Below, one piece after another: positions 36,431 to 51,300 of a stretch of DNA of 64,000 bases. The DNA is taken from contig NC_083417.1 in the NCBI RefSeq assembly GCF_020745735.1, positions 71,920,001 to 71,984,000 on the forward strand, read 5' to 3'. The translations under genes were made by a program, and so were the position numbers. This stretch comes from Hemiscyllium ocellatum. Its lineage: Eukaryota. The notes below the pieces were generated by a model. It searched no databases, was not told the origin of the DNA, and saw only the letters and a list, made by a program, of their open reading frames with translations. Position 1 is the stretch's first letter, and each line of letters opens with the position of its first letter.

Positions 36431-39280
36431 CATTCCAGCAGAGATAAAATGATAGAGGAGGGTTATCGTCAGCTATTACAGCATGCATAGAGATTTGAGA
36501 TAACAGCACAAGAATATCGTAGTTATATATACATATAGTGCTTTCACATTCAAAGTAATACATAGCATCCTAGTTTGGTTGGGGAGGTGTAAACATGCTA
36601 ATTAATTTTAATAAAACTCAAAAGATCTGCCAAAGGTGTAAATCAAACAACAGAAACTAAAACAGCAATTACTGGAAAAGCTCAGCACATCTGGCAGCAC
36701 CTGTGCAGAGAAATCAGAGTTAATGTTTCAATTTGAGTGATCCTTCCTCAGGACTCAAATTTTCTAAATAATTTGAAATTGGATCTATTCACCAAAGGTT
36801 TGAAAACCTACTAGGTTCAGGAGGAAAGGAAAAAAGACATTGGGTAAATGTGCTAAGAACTAACTATTCCTGGAGGATAGATATGATAATGGATTGGTTA
36901 TGCTAACACATATTTAACTAAGTATAACTATAATAAACAAGCATATCTTCTATGATCCTCTTATTGCAAGATTCAAAGCATTTGGCTGACCATATTCCAC
37001 AAAGCACCCAAAAGTCATATTATACAAACTTCCCTGAAAATGTGTTGTGTCCACATTTAACCTTAGATATTCCTGAATGGAATATCTTAGATTCAGCTCT
37101 CCTGCCAGCTGGGCAATTTTCTTACTGGTTAGGCATATTTGAACTGAGATACATTTTAATAATTGCATCAATTAATGGGGAGTTTGCTGGAGTCAGTTGC
37201 AGAGCTAAATGAGAGGCTATGTGGCAATTGGCTGAAGGGGCCAAATAGCTAATGAGAAAGGACTAAGAAAGATGGGGAAAGAAGAGCAAATTATCCACTT
37301 GTAGGAGCATACCCCCACCTCCCCCAAACAACCCCCACCTCCCCCCCCCCCCACAACCGACCAGGGACAAAGACTCAGGAGGCAGGCCGAATTCAGGCAA
37401 GTGACAGACTTTTATTCAAGCAGAAACATGTTAATGAGGGAGAGTGCTAAAGAATCTTCCAAAAATCTGGCCTCGATGTGAGAACACAATTATTCCCCTA
37501 ATCTTTGGTTCAGGTTGGAGGAGAGATCAATGATGCATTCAAATCTTTACAGTGAAATATAGTATTTTTATACATTGTGTTACAATGATCACATTTAGCA
37601 TGGTCACAATGTCTTTCTCTTTATTCCATATGCCCAATCCCGTGAAACAGCTAATCAATGATGGGCATTCCTATGATAGCCTCAGGTTGCCATGATCTCA
37701 TGGCATTTAACAGACATTGTATTCTTCAGGCCTTGGAATCTTTCTGTGCATCCTATTAATTAACATTCCAAAGTTACTGGTTAAACTCCTCTAGTATGTC
37801 ACAGACTTGCTTATCTCTAAGGACTGTTGTAATTCTGTTATTCTTAGTATTTTCCACTGCTCCATCTATCTATATAAATGACAGTTGGTTTTAACAAACT
37901 GCTATAGGATTCATAATATTAATTTCTGTTATAAGTTAGTTCCAAAGTGTAAAGTTATATACCTACTTCTACTGTTAGCACTTTGTGATTAATAACTTTC
38001 AGCCAATCTATTTCATTCAGGGTGTATTAGGCATCTTTTGAAAGATAAGAGAAAACATTTCTTGAGACGAATTAACATTTACATCTTTGTTTAAATGTTT
38101 TCCCCTAATGCTTCTGTTATACTTTGGTTGTACATGTATCTATGCTTATGTTGAAATCTATCTCTACGATTATCTGAAGCATCTTTAACTCGAACCTATT
38201 TCTTAAAATTGTGAATAAGTGCAAATAAACAATTATTTTTTAAAAAACTATATCTGTTGTTTTCACAGCTGATTAATAAGTTAAGTTGGTTGGTTCGTGG
38301 ACTGTTCTAACTGGTGTTGTTCACGTACTGGGACAATATGCCTTTATGAACGAGACTGGAATCTATCATTTTGTGTCTTAATGCTTGAACAGACTGTCTC
38401 ATTCTATCGAACCCTTGTCGGCCATTTTGTGTCTTTCAAACATGAGCCGCCCTTACACCACCGAAAATAAAACAGGTTTTACAAGACAATTCAATAACAG
38501 AAGGTATAATTACGCAACATGATGGTTTAGAAGTGATGCACCTTACTGATCTAACTGTGAAAGATACAGTGGGGATTGCACGTCCCTTTACAAAACTGCA
38601 GTACCCATTGCAAATGTGACACAGCACCTGGATGGGCAGAATCCAAGACCAGGAGGGTCAGGTTACTGGAGACTGTGGAATAAATGACTGCTCGATTCTA
38701 CAAATGTTTGGACTCAATATTGAGTTGAACAATTTTAGGGCCTGAGGCATCTTCTGCCATGTCCTAGCCCAATCCCCACATATTATTATCTCTTATCTCT
38801 TGTTATCTTATTATCTCTTGTTATCACATGGTCTGCTATGATACAAAACCCATTGTTAGCCACTAGTTGACCCCGTTAGTAGCTATTCATTCTCCCAGAC
38901 CGATCGTTACCCATTCCTTTGTTTGCTCAACTGTTCTAGTCTCTCTTCGGGCTCTGCTCCTGCCTGCCGTTCACTTCTTACCCCCTTCCACATCTGCTCC
39001 ACCCCCTCCCCCTCAAACACCCCAAATCTCCATCTTCTGCATGTCACCAAGTTTTTCCTGCTCGCTATCAATTCTCAGGAAGGGGCGACTGGACCTGAAA
39101 TGACCTGTCCGCAGATGCCGTGAGATCCGCTGAGCTTTTCCAGCAACATCTATTTTCCACTGGAGCTGGACCGTTGTCCCGAAGTATTTCAGCTGGTGCA
39201 TAACTCTGTGCGCAAGAAATGTGTCGCTAGTCTAACGTGGCATGATTTTTAAAAAAGTTATCATCAAATTAAATCCGTGT

Positions 39281-39810
39281 TAGGCATCAGAGCTGAAAAT
39301 TGCAAATGTTCATTCGTTCCAATTAACCTTTATTTAATGCAAAAAGATGTGTACAATTCGAAACCAAAAAGAGAAAACGCTGGAAAATCTCAGCAGCATC
39401 TGAACGAAGAGAAAAGAGCTGGCGTTTCGAGTCTAACTGAACCTTGGTCAAAGCTGTGTACAATTCGACCCGCCGCTTTCCACACCGCCCCCGAAACAAT
39501 ACCTCCGAGCCAATGTGCGAGCAGTTGATGACATTAGGTATGTGACTGTTAACAAGAAAACAGGTCGAAAATGAAGCGGGTTAACTCGAAATTTCGTTAT
39601 TCATTTTGTTAAAAACAACGACGTTCAAACTTATTTCTTAAAAGATGCGCCGCAGATATTGCGCTGTCGGTTCATTGTCAGAATCTACATCTGAGCGGGT
39701 GTGAGATTTCCGTCCAGCTCCTGCTTGTAGGTGTTGCTGCAAACCCCCGACGTTATGTAATTTCATTGATTAATTGAGACAGCTCTGTCACTGCATTACA
39801 TCGAGGTTTC
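39281..39810. promoter_or_regulatory. Small single-copy CpG-enriched island, promoter-like
   Basis: About 28 CpG in about 520 bp by hand count, versus about 5 in 37500-38200. GC-box-like ccgccc, CCAAT near 39510, donor-like AG|GTATGT near 39538. Confidence 0.4.
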
Positions 39811-40000
39811 TTCAGAAGGCATTAATAATTCTCAGTTAGGGGAAGAATTAAGTTATGTGCATATGGAATGGAATGTGAGGTAGATGAGGAGCAGTGAGCA
39901 GTTAGGAAGACTATGCAATGTTAGCTTTAATTTCAGTATGCAAGAACAACATTTCTGTTCCTTCCTAACAATGACGATTTGGTCAAGTCACTCCAACAAT

Positions 40001-41524
40001 ATAGATAAGTCCCCTGGGCCTGATGGCACTTATCCTAGGATTCTCTGGGAAGCTAGGGAGGAGATTGCAGAGCCTTGAGTTTTATGTCCTCATTGTCTAC
40101 AGGAATAGTGCCAGAAGACTGGAGGATAGCAAATGTGATTCTCTTGTTCAAGAAGGGGAGTAGGGATAACCCTAGCAACTATTGGCCGGTGAGTCTCACT
40201 TCTGTTGTGGGCAAAGTCTTAAAGAGAATTGTAAGGGATAGGATTTCTGAACATCTGGACAGGAATAATGTGATCAAGGATAGCCAGCTTGGTTTTGTGA
40301 AGGGCAGGTCGTGCCTCACAAACCTAATTGAATTCTTTGAGAAGGTGACTAAGGAGGTGGACGAGGGTAAAGCAGTAGATGTGGTGTAAATGGATTTTAG
40401 TAAGGCGTTTGATAAGGTTCCCCATAGTAGGCTACTGCAAAAAATACGGAGGTATGACATTGAGGGTGCGTTAGAGGTTTGGATTTGGAATTGGCTGGCT
40501 GGAAGAAGACAGAGGGTAGTAGTTGATGGTAAATGTTCATCTTGGAGTGCAGTTCCTAGCAGTGTTCCACAAGGATCTGTTTTGGGACCATTGCTGTTTG
40601 TCATTTTTATAAATGACCTGGAGGAGAGGCTAGAAGGTTGGGTGAGCAAGTTTGCAGATGATACAAAAGTTGGTGGAGTTGTTGACAGTAAGGAAGGATG
40701 TGGCAGGTTACAGCGGGATATAGATAGGCTGCAGAAAGTTGGCAAACGGAGTTCAATATAGGTTAGTGTGAAGTGATTCACTTTGGTAAGAGTAACATGA
40801 AGATGGAGTACTGTGCTAATCGTCACATACTTGGTAGTATGGATGAGCAGAGGGATCTTGGTGTCCATGTACACAGATCTCTGAAAGTTGCCACCCCAGG
40901 TAAATAGTGCTGTGAAGAAGGCATATGGCGTACTGGCTTTTATTGGTAGAGGAATTGAGTTCCGGAGTCGTGAGGTCATGTTGCAGTTGTATAAGACTCT
41001 GGTGCAGCTGCATCTGGAGTATTGTGTGCAGTTTTGGTCGCCATACTATAGGAAGGATGTGGAGGCACTGTAACGGGTACAGAGGAGGTTTACCAGGATG
41101 TTGCCTGGTATGGTAGGAAGATCATATGAGGAAAGGCTGAGGCACTTGGGGATGTTTTCATTGGAGAAAAGAAGGTTTAGGGATGACTTGATAGAGGTGT
41201 ACAAGATGATTAGGAGTTTAGATAGGATTGACAATGAGAACCTTTTTCCACGTATGGAGTCAGCTATTATGAGGGGGCATAGCTTTAAATTGAGGGAGGT
41301 AGGTATAGGACAGATGTTAGGGGTAGATTCTTTACTCAGCGAGTGTGAGTTCATGGAATGCCCTGCCAGTAGCAGTGGTGAACTCTCCCTCTTTACGGGT
41401 ATTTAAACGGGCATTGGATAGGCATATGGAGGATAGTGGGCTAGTGTAGGTTAGGTGGGCTTGGATCGGCGCAACATCGAAGGCCAAAAGACCTGAACTG
41501 CGCTGTATTTTTCTATGTTGTATG
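40001..41524 (+). mobile_element. 5'-truncated CR1 (RT plus 3' UTR) with several stops and indels
   Basis: KSPGPDG, DFSKAFD, QGSVLGP and FADD motifs; tail ttctatgttgtatg. Confidence 0.95.
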
Positions 41525-44500
41525 TATCTGCCCCTCTGAAATGGTCCTCACAAGACATTCATTCCAAGAGGTAATTAAATATGAGCCACAACTGCCAGCC
41601 TTGGCACTGACTTCCAAACCTCATGAACAAATATTTTTTTAAAAAGGTGCAGACACACAGACTCCAGGAGAGGGGAGCTAGTGTCTCTCTCATGCCTCTT
41701 TCCATACCTCCTGATAGTCTGAATACATCTCAGTTTTGAGCACCTGCTCTGCTCCACTAGACCTGTAATGAAAAGTGGGAGATGGACCAGTGTGTCCAGA
41801 GCCTGCAGCAACTAACAAGTGGGGCTAGTTTCGTTGGAGATTATGGTCGGCATGGACTGGTTGGACTGTATGACTCTATAACGTAACATCGCTGATTTTT
41901 CAGTCTATGATGTCACCACACTTTTTCTTTCTAATCGCAATAGTATAGGAGACTCCAGGATCTGAACATCTACCAATACCTAGTGTTTTGAGCAGCTCTG
42001 ATTTTCTTCATTTGTCCAGTGCAGCCCCTGACTTCAGCAGGCTGAGTTGCAATCTCTGGGATATCCTAACAAAATCGCTCCCGAACCTATGGACCCCCAC
42101 TCCCTTGCCTTTAGTTATGTCTTTTAGATGCTGGTTTAAATCCACCACTTACATATCGACCGCCTCAGCCTGTCCACCCCTTCTCATCCACTCCAACCTC
42201 TCACTCTCACAGCCCTCCACTCCCTCCACTCCAACCCCAACATCACCATCAAACCAGTGGGCAAGGGCGGGTGGGGGACTGCAGTGGCTGCATGGCACAC
42301 TGACCTCTACCTCGCTGAAGCTTGATGCCAACTTGCTGACACCTCTTCCTAATGGACCCTTCACCACGACCCCACCTTCCACACCAAGCCATCATCTACA
42401 ACCTCATCACCTCAGGGGATCTCCCATCCACAGCCTCCAACCTCATAGTGCTCCAACCCTGCAGTGCCCGGTTCTATCTCTTAGCCAAAATCTACGAACC
42501 TGATTATCCCAGTCGACCAATTGTCTCTGCCTAGCCCTGCCCCACCGAACATATCTCCTCATATCTCAATTCCGTCCTGTCCACTTGGTCCATGAACTCT
42601 CCACATATGTCCAGGACACCACCCTCACCTTCCACCTTCTCAATGACTTTTGATTTCTTGGCCCCAAACACCTCATATTCACTATAGACATCCAGTCCAC
42701 ATACACCTCCATCCTCTATGACGAAAGCATAAAAAAGCCCTGTTTCTCCCTCTGCCTCCAACCCAAACAGCCTCCCCCCACCAACGCTCTCATTCGATTA
42801 GTGGATCTGGTTCTCACCTTCAACAATTTCTCATTTGAATCCTCCCACATCCTATGGACATGAGGTGTAGCCGTGGGTACCCACATGGGCTCCAGCCATG
42901 CCTGCCTCTTTGCAGGCTATGTGGAACAGTCCATCTTCTGCAGTTACAATGCCACCATTCCCCACCTTTTCCTCTGCAACATTGATGACTGTATTGTGCT
43001 CCCACGAGGTGACTGAACAGTTCATCAACTTCACCAACACCTCTCACCCTGACCTCAAATTCATATGGACCATCTCTGAGACCTCAGTCCCCTTCCTGGA
43101 CCTCTCCATCTCCATTTCCGGTGACCGACTCAACACTGACATCTATTTCAAACCCACCCACTCCCACAGCTAGTTTATCTACACCTCCCACACACCCTCC
43201 TATAAAAACACCATCTCTTACTCCCAATTCTTTTGCATTTGCTGCATTTGCTCCCAGGAGGAGCAATTCCACTCCAAGACTTCCCAGATGTCGTCCTATT
43301 TCAGTGACTGCAATTACCCCTCCTACATGGTCAACAATGCCATCAAATCTCCTTCACTTTCCATGCCTCCACTCTCAAACCCCAAACCCCCAACCACAGG
43401 AATAAAAACCCCCAGTCCTCGCATTCACCCACAAATCTCCAGATACAGTGCTTTATCCTCAGCCATTTTTGCCATCTACAGTCAAAGCCCAACACTAAAA
43501 ATATATTTCCCTCCCAGTCCTATCTGCGTTCTCAACCGACCCACCCTCTACAGCCGACACCTTCCCCGCTACGGCACGAAGTGCAAAACCTGCACCAACT
43601 GCTCTCCCATAACCTCTGCCAAGGCCTGAAGCATCATTTCAAATCTGATAGAGATATTCCTGCAAATCACTTTATTTACTGCATCATTGCTCTCAATGTG
43701 GTGTCCTCTACATCAGGGAGACAGAAAACCAACTCACAGAGCAGATCAGGGAATATCTCTGGTCACTTGCACCAAACAACTGCACAGTCCTGTGGCCAAC
43801 CATTTCAACTCTCCCTCACACTCCCCCAAGGACATGCAAATCCTGGGCCTCCTCCAATGCCAAATCAAAACCACTGACCAACTGGAGGAAGAATGCCTCA
43901 TCATCTGCCTTGGGAACCTACAGCCTACATGAACGTTGACGTCACCAGCTTCTAAATCTCCCCACCACCCAGCTCATCCTAGATCCAACCTCCAACTTGG
44001 TACTTCCCTCTTGATCTTACCTACCTGTTCATCTTCCTTTCCTCCCATCCATTCCACCGTCCCCACAAACCTATCACAATTACCTCCTACTTGCATTCAC
44101 CAATCACCATTCCACTTACCGTCCTCCAAGCCCCAATCCCACCCCTTTATCTCTCAGCCCCCTTCCCTCTCTACATTCCTAATGAAGGGCTTATGCCCAA
44201 AATGTTGACTCTCCTGCCTGACCGGCTGTGTTTTTTTCCAGCACCACACTTTTCAACTCCAATTCTTGGAACAAGTCTTAGGTCTTCTAAACTAAGTATG
44301 CCTTAGATAAATCTATGTCAAGCATCTTTTTAGTTATCTTTCAAATCACCTTGAGACATTTTGTTGCAATAAGATAACAAACAAATTCATGTTGTTGTCA
44401 CCTGGTGTCAGTTTCCCTTTGAAAAATCTTCTAGATTCATAGATTCATGTAGTCATACAGCTTGGATTCAGACCGTTGGGTCTAACTAGCTCCACAAATT

Positions 44501-47500
44501 AAACTAGTTCCACCTGCCTGCACTTGACCGATATCCCTCCAAATGTTTCTTATTCATGTACTTAACCAATGTCTTTTAAATGCTGTCACTCTATCTTTAT
44601 ACATCACTTTCTCTGGCAGATTGTTTCACAAACAAACCACTCTCTGTGTAATAAAATTGCCCCTTGTGTCCTTTTAAATCTTTCTTGTCTCACCTGAAAA
44701 ATATGCCTCCTAGTATTGAACTCACCCATCCTAGAGAAAAGACTCTTGCCATTCACTTTATCTATGCCCCTCATGATTTTATAAACTCCAATGAGGTCAG
44801 CCCTCAATCCCCTACACTCCAGCCTTACCAGTCTATTTTTATATCTCAAACCATCCATTTCCAGTCACATCCTGGCAAATCTTTCCTGAACCCTCTCCAG
44901 TTGAATAATATCCTTCCTATAACAGGGCAAAAAGAACTGCACACAATACTCCAGAAGATACCACACCAACACTCTGTAAATTTTCAACATGACATTCCAG
45001 CAGAGATAAAATGATAGAGGAGGGTTATCGTCAGCTATTACAGCATGCATAGAGATTTGAGATAACAGCACAAGAATATCGTAGTTATATATACATATAG
45101 TGCTTTCACATTCAAAGTAATACATAGCATCCTAGTTTGGTTGGGGAGGTGTAAACATGCTAATTAATTTTAATAAAAATCAAAAGATCTGCCAAAGGTG
45201 TAAATCAAACAACAGAAACTAAAACAGCAATTACTGGAAAAGCTCAGCACATCTGGCAGCACCTGTGCAGAGAAATCAGAGTTAATGTTTCAATTTGAGT
45301 GATCCTTCCTCAGGACACAAATTTTCTAAATAATTTGAAATTGGATCTATTCACCAAAGGTTTGAAAACCTACTAGGTTCAGGAGGAAAGGAAAAAAGAC
45401 ATTGGGTAAATGTGCTAAGAACTAACTATTCCTGGAGGATAGATATGATTTGGATTGGTTATGCTAACACATATTTAACTAAGTATAACTATAGTAAACA
45501 AGCATATCTTCTATGAACCTCTTATTGCAAGATTCAAAGCATTTGGCTGACCATATTCCACAAAGCACCCAAAAGTCATATTATACAAACTTCCCTGAAA
45601 ATGTGTTGTGTCCACATTTAACCTTAGATATTCCTGAATGGATTATCTTAGATTCAGCTCTCCTGCCAGCTGGGCAATTTTCTTACTGGTTAGGAATATT
45701 TGAACTGAGATACATTTTAATAATTGCATCAATTAATGGGGAGTTTGCTGGAGTCAGTTGCAGAGCTAAATGAGAGGCTATGTGGCAATTGGCTGAAGGG
45801 GCCAAATAGCTAATGAGAAAGGACTAAGAAAGATGGGGAAAGAAAAGCAAACTATCCACTTGTTGGAGCATACCCCCACCTCCCCCAAACAACCCCCATC
45901 CCCGCCCCCCACAACCGACCAGGGACAAAGACTCAGGAGGCAGGCAGAATTCAGGCAAGTGACAGAGTTTTATTCAAGCAGAAACATGTTAATGAGGGAG
46001 AGTGCTAAAGAATCTTCCAAAAATCTGGCCTCGATGTGAGAACACAATTATTCCCCTAATCTTTGGTTCAGGTTGGAGGAGAGATCAATGATGCATTCAA
46101 ATCTTTACAGTGAAATATAGTATTTTTATACATTGTGTTACAATGATCACATTCAGCATGGTCACAATGTCTTTCTCTTTATTCCATATGCCCAATCCCG
46201 TCAAACAGCTAATCAATGATGGGCATTCCTATGATAGCTTCAGGTTGCCATGATCTCATGGCATTTAACAGACATTGTATTCTTCAGGCCTTGGAATCTT
46301 TCTGTGCATCCTATTAATTAACATTCCAAAGTTACTGGTTAAACTCCTCTAGTATGTCCCAGACTTGCTTATCTCTAAGGACTGCTGTAATTCTGTTATT
46401 CATAGTATTTTCCACTGCTCCATCTATCTATATAAATGACAGTTGGTTTTAACAAACTGCTATAGTATTCATAATATTAATTTCTGTTATACGTTAGTTC
46501 CAAAGTGTAAAGTTATATACCTACTTCTACTGTTAGCACTTTGTGATTAATAACTTTCAGCCAATCTATTTCATTCAGGGTGTATTAGGCATCTTTTGAA
46601 AGATAAGAGAAAACATTTCTTGAGACGAATTAACATTTACATCTTTGTTTAAATGTTTTCCCCTAATGCTTCTGTTATACTTTGGTTGTACATGTATCTA
46701 TGCTTATGTTGAAATCTATCTCTACGATTATCTGAAGCATCTTTAACTCGAACCTATTTCTTAAAATTGTGAATAAGTGCAAATAAACAAACAATTATTT
46801 TTAAAAAAACTATATCTGTTGTTTTCACAGCTGATTAATAAGTTAAGTTGGTTGGTTCGTGGACTGTTCTAACTGGTGTTGTTCACGTACTGGGACAATA
46901 TGCCTTTATGAACGAGACTGGAATCTATCATTTTGTGTCTTAAAGCTTGAACAGACTGTCTCATTCTATCGAACCCTTGTCGGCCATTTTGTGTCTTTCA
47001 AACATGAGCCGCCCTTACACCACCGAAAATAAAACAGGTTTTACAAGACAATTCAATAACAGAAGGTATAATTACGCAACATGATGGTTTAGAAGTGATG
47101 CACCTTACTGATCTAACTGTGAAAGGTACAGTGGGGATTGCACGTCCCTTTACAAAACTGCAGTACCCATTGCAAATGTGACACAGCACCTGGATGGGCA
47201 GAATCCAAGACCAGGAGGGTCAGGTTACTGGAGACTGTGGAATAAATGACTGCTCGATTCTACAAATGTTTGGACTCAATATTGAGTTGAACAATTTTAG
47301 GGCCTGAGGCATCTTCTGCCATGTCCTAGCCTAATCCCCACATACCAAGTCTTGTTATCACATGGTCTGCTATGATACAAAACCCATTGTTAGCCACTAG
47401 TTGACCCCGTTAGTAGCTATTCATTCTCCCAGACCGATCGTTACCCATTCCTTTGTTTTCCCAACTGTTCTAGTCTCTCTTCGGGCTCTGCTCCTGCCTG

Positions 47501-47814
47501 CCGTTCACTTTTTACCCCCTTCCACATCTGTTCCCCCCCCCCCCCCTCAAACACCCCAAATCTCCATCTTCTGCATGTCACCAAGTTTTTCCTGCTCGCT
47601 ATCAATTCTCAGGAAGGGGCGACTGGACCTGAAATGACCTGTCCGCAGATGCCGTGAGATCCGCTGAGCTTTTCCAGCAACATCTGTTTTCCACTGGGGC
47701 TGGACCGTTGTCCTGAAGTATTTCAGCTGGTGCATAACTCTGTGCGCAAGAAATATGTCGCTAGTCTAACGTGACATGATTTTTTAAAAAGTTATCATCA
47801 AATTAAATCCGTGT
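41525..47814 (+). repeat. Segmental repeat copy A2
   Basis: Starts TATCTGCCCCTC directly after the CR1 tail and ends AAATCCGTGT, matching the ends of A1. Confidence 0.93.
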
Positions 47815-48329
47815 GCATCTGGAGTATTGTGTGCAGTTTTGGTCGCCAAACTATAGGAAGGATGTGGAGGCACTGTAACGGGTACAGAGGAGGTTTACCA
47901 TGATGTTGCCTGGTATGGTAGGAAGATCATATGAGGAAAGGCTGAGGCACTTGGGGATGTTTTCATTGGAGAAAAGAAGGTTTAGGGATGACTTGATAGA
48001 GGTGTACAAGATGATTAGGAGTTTAGATAGGATTGACAATGAGAACCTTTTTCCACGTATGGAGTCAGCTGTTATGAGGGGGCATAGCTTTAAATTGAGG
48101 GAGGTAGGTATAGGACAGATGTTAGGGGTAGATTCTTTACTCAGCGAGTGTGAGTTCATGGAATGCCCTGCCAGTAGCAGTGGTGAACTCTCCCTCTTTA
48201 CGGGTATTTAAACGGGCATTGGATAGGCATATGGAGGATAGTGGGCTAGTGTAGGTTAGGTGGGCTTGGATCAGCACAACATCGAAGGCCAAAAGACCTA
48301 TACTGCGCTGTATTTTTCTATGTTGTATG
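47815..48329 (+). mobile_element. Duplicated 515-bp 3' end of the CR1 at 41010-41524
   Basis: Shares private lesions with that copy (gcactgTAAcgggtac stop, gggagg and cagcgagtgtgag deletions) and the same junction to unit A. Confidence 0.95.
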
Positions 48330-51300
48330 TATCTGCCCCTCTGAAATGGTCCTCACAAGACATTCATTCCAAGAGGTAATTAAATATGAGCCACAACTGC
48401 CAGCCTTGGCACTGACTTCCAAACCTCATGAACAAATATTTTTTTAAAAAGGTGCAGACACACAGACTCCAGGAGAGGGGAGCTAGTGTCTCTCTCATGC
48501 CTCTTTCCATACCTCCTGATAGTCTGAATACATCTCAGTTTTGAGCACCTGCTCTGCTCCACTAGACCTGTAATGAAAAGTGGGAGATGGACCAGTGTGT
48601 CCAGAGCCTGCAGCAACTAACAAGTGGGGCTAGTTTCGTTGGAGATTATGGTCGGCATGGACTGGTTGGACTGTATGACTCTATAACGTAACATCGCTGA
48701 TTTTTCAGTCTATGATGTCACCACACTTTTTCTTTCTAATCGCAATAGTATAGGAGACTCCAGGATCTGAACATCTACCAATACCTAGTGTTTTGAGCAG
48801 CTCTGATTTTCTTCATTTGTCCAGTGCAGCCCCTGACTTCAGCAGGCTGAGTTGCAATCTCTGGGATATCCTAACAAAATCGCTCCCGAACCTATGGACC
48901 CCCACTCCCTTGCCTTTAGTTATGTCTTTTGGATACTGGTTTAAATTTACCGCTTACCGCCTCAGCCTGTCCACCCCTTCTCATCCACTCCAACTTGTCA
49001 CTCTCACAGCCCTCCACTCCCTCCACTCCAACCCCAACCTCACCACCAAACCAGTGGGCAAGGTCGGGTGGGGGACCGCAGTGGCTGCATGGCACACTGA
49101 CCTCTACTTCGCTGAAGCTTGATGCCAACTTGCTGACACCTCTTCCTAATGGACCCTTCACCACGACCCCACCTTCCACACCAAGCCATCATCTACAACC
49201 TCATCACCTCAGGGGATCTCCCATCCACAGCCTCCAACCTCATAGTGCTCCAACCCTGCAGTGCCCGGTTCTATCTCTTAGCCAAAATCTACGAACCTGA
49301 TTATCCCAGTCGATCAATTGTCTCTGCCTAGCCCTGCCCCACCGAACATATCTCCTCATATCTCAATTCCATCCTATCCCCTTGGTCCATAAAGTCTCCA
49401 CATATGTCCAGGACACCAAACTCACCTTCCACCTTCTCAATGACTTTTGATTTCTTGGCCCCAAACACCTCATATTCACTACAGACATCCAGTCCATGTA
49501 CACCTCCATCCTCTATGACGAAAGCATAAAAAAGCCCTGTTTCTCCCTCTGCCTCCAACCCAAACCGCCTCCCCCCACCAACGCTCTCATTCGATTAGTG
49601 GATCTGGTTCTCACCTTCAACAATTTCTCATTTGAATCCTCCCACAACCTATGGACAAGAGGTGTAGCCGTGGGTACCCACATGGGCTCCAGCCATGCCT
49701 GCCTCTTTGCAGGCTATGTGGAACAGTCCATCTTCTGCAGTTACAATGCCACCATTCCCCACCTTTTCCTCTGCAACATTGATGACTGTATTGTGCTCCC
49801 ACGAGGTGACTGAACAGTTCATCAACTTCACCAACACCTCTCACCCTGACCTCAAATTCATATGGACCATCTCTGAGACCTCAGTCCCCTTCCTGGACCT
49901 CTCCATCTCCATTTCCGGTGACCGACTCAACACTGACATCTATTTCAAACCCACCCACTCCCACAGCTAGTTTATCTACACCTCCCACACACCCTCCTAT
50001 AAAAACACCATCTCTTACTCCCAATTCTTTTGCATTTGCTGCATTTGCTCCCAGGAGGAGCAATTCCACTCCAAGACTTCCCAGATGTCGTCCTATTTCA
50101 GTGACTGCAATTACCCCTCCTACATGGTCAACAATGCCATCAAATCTCCTTCACTTTCCATGCCTCCACTCTCAAACCCCAAACCCCCAACCACAGGAAT
50201 AAAAACCCCCAGTCCTCACATTCACCCACAAATCTCCAGATACAGTGCTTTATCCTCAGCCATTTTTGCCATCTACAGTCAAAGCCCAACACTAAAAATA
50301 TATTTCCCTCCCAGTCCCATCTGCGTTCTCAACCGACCCACCCTCTACAGCCGACACCTTCCCCGCTACGGCACGAAGTGCAAAACCTGCACCAACTGCT
50401 CTCCCATAACCTCTGCCAAGGCCTGAAGCATCATTTCAAATCTGATAGAGATATTCCTGCAAATCACTTTATTTACTGCATCATTGCTCTCAATGTGGTG
50501 TCCTCTACATCAGGGAGACAGAAAACCAACTAACAGAGTAGATCAGGGAATATCTCCGGTCACTTGCACCAAGCAACTGCACGTTCCTGTGGCCAACCAT
50601 TTCAACTCTCCCTCACACTCCCCCAAGGACATGCAAATCCTGGGCCTTCTCCACTGCCAAATCAAAACCATCAACCAACTGGAGGAAGAATGCCTCATCA
50701 TCTGCCTTGGGAACCTACAGCCTACATGAACGTTGACTTCCCCGGCTTCCAAATCTCCCCACCACCCAGCTCATCCTAGATCCACCCTCCAACTTGGTAC
50801 TTCCCTCTTGATCTTACCTATCTGTTCATCTTCCTTTCCTCCTATCCATTCCACCGTCCCCACAAACCTATCACAATTACCTCCTACTTGCATTCACCAA
50901 TCACCATTCCACCTACCGTCCTCCAAGCCCCAATCCCACCCCTTTATCTCTCAGCCCCTTTCTCTCTCTACATTCCTAATGAAGGGCTTATGCCCAAAAT
51001 GTTGACTCTCCTGCCTGACCTGCTGTGTTTTTTTCCAGCGCCACACTTTTCAACTCCAATTCTTGGAACAAGTCTTAGGTCTTCTAAACTAAGTATGCCT
51101 TAGATAAATCTATGTCAAGCATCTTTTAGTTATCTTTCAAATCACCTTGAGACATTTTGTTGCATTAAGATAATAAACAAATTCATGTTGCGGTCACCTG
51201 GTGTCAGTTTCCCTTTGAAAAATCTTCTGGATTCATAGATTCTTGTAGTCATACAGCTTGGATTCAGACCGTTGGGTCTAACTAGCTCCACAAATTAAAC

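Larger units (their letters stand above)
33508..39280 (+). repeat. Segmental repeat copy A1 (probable progenitor)
   Basis: Collinear with 41525-47814 and partly with 48330-52000. The left edge lies inside an older SINE/LINE tail that continues leftward only here. Confidence 0.93.
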
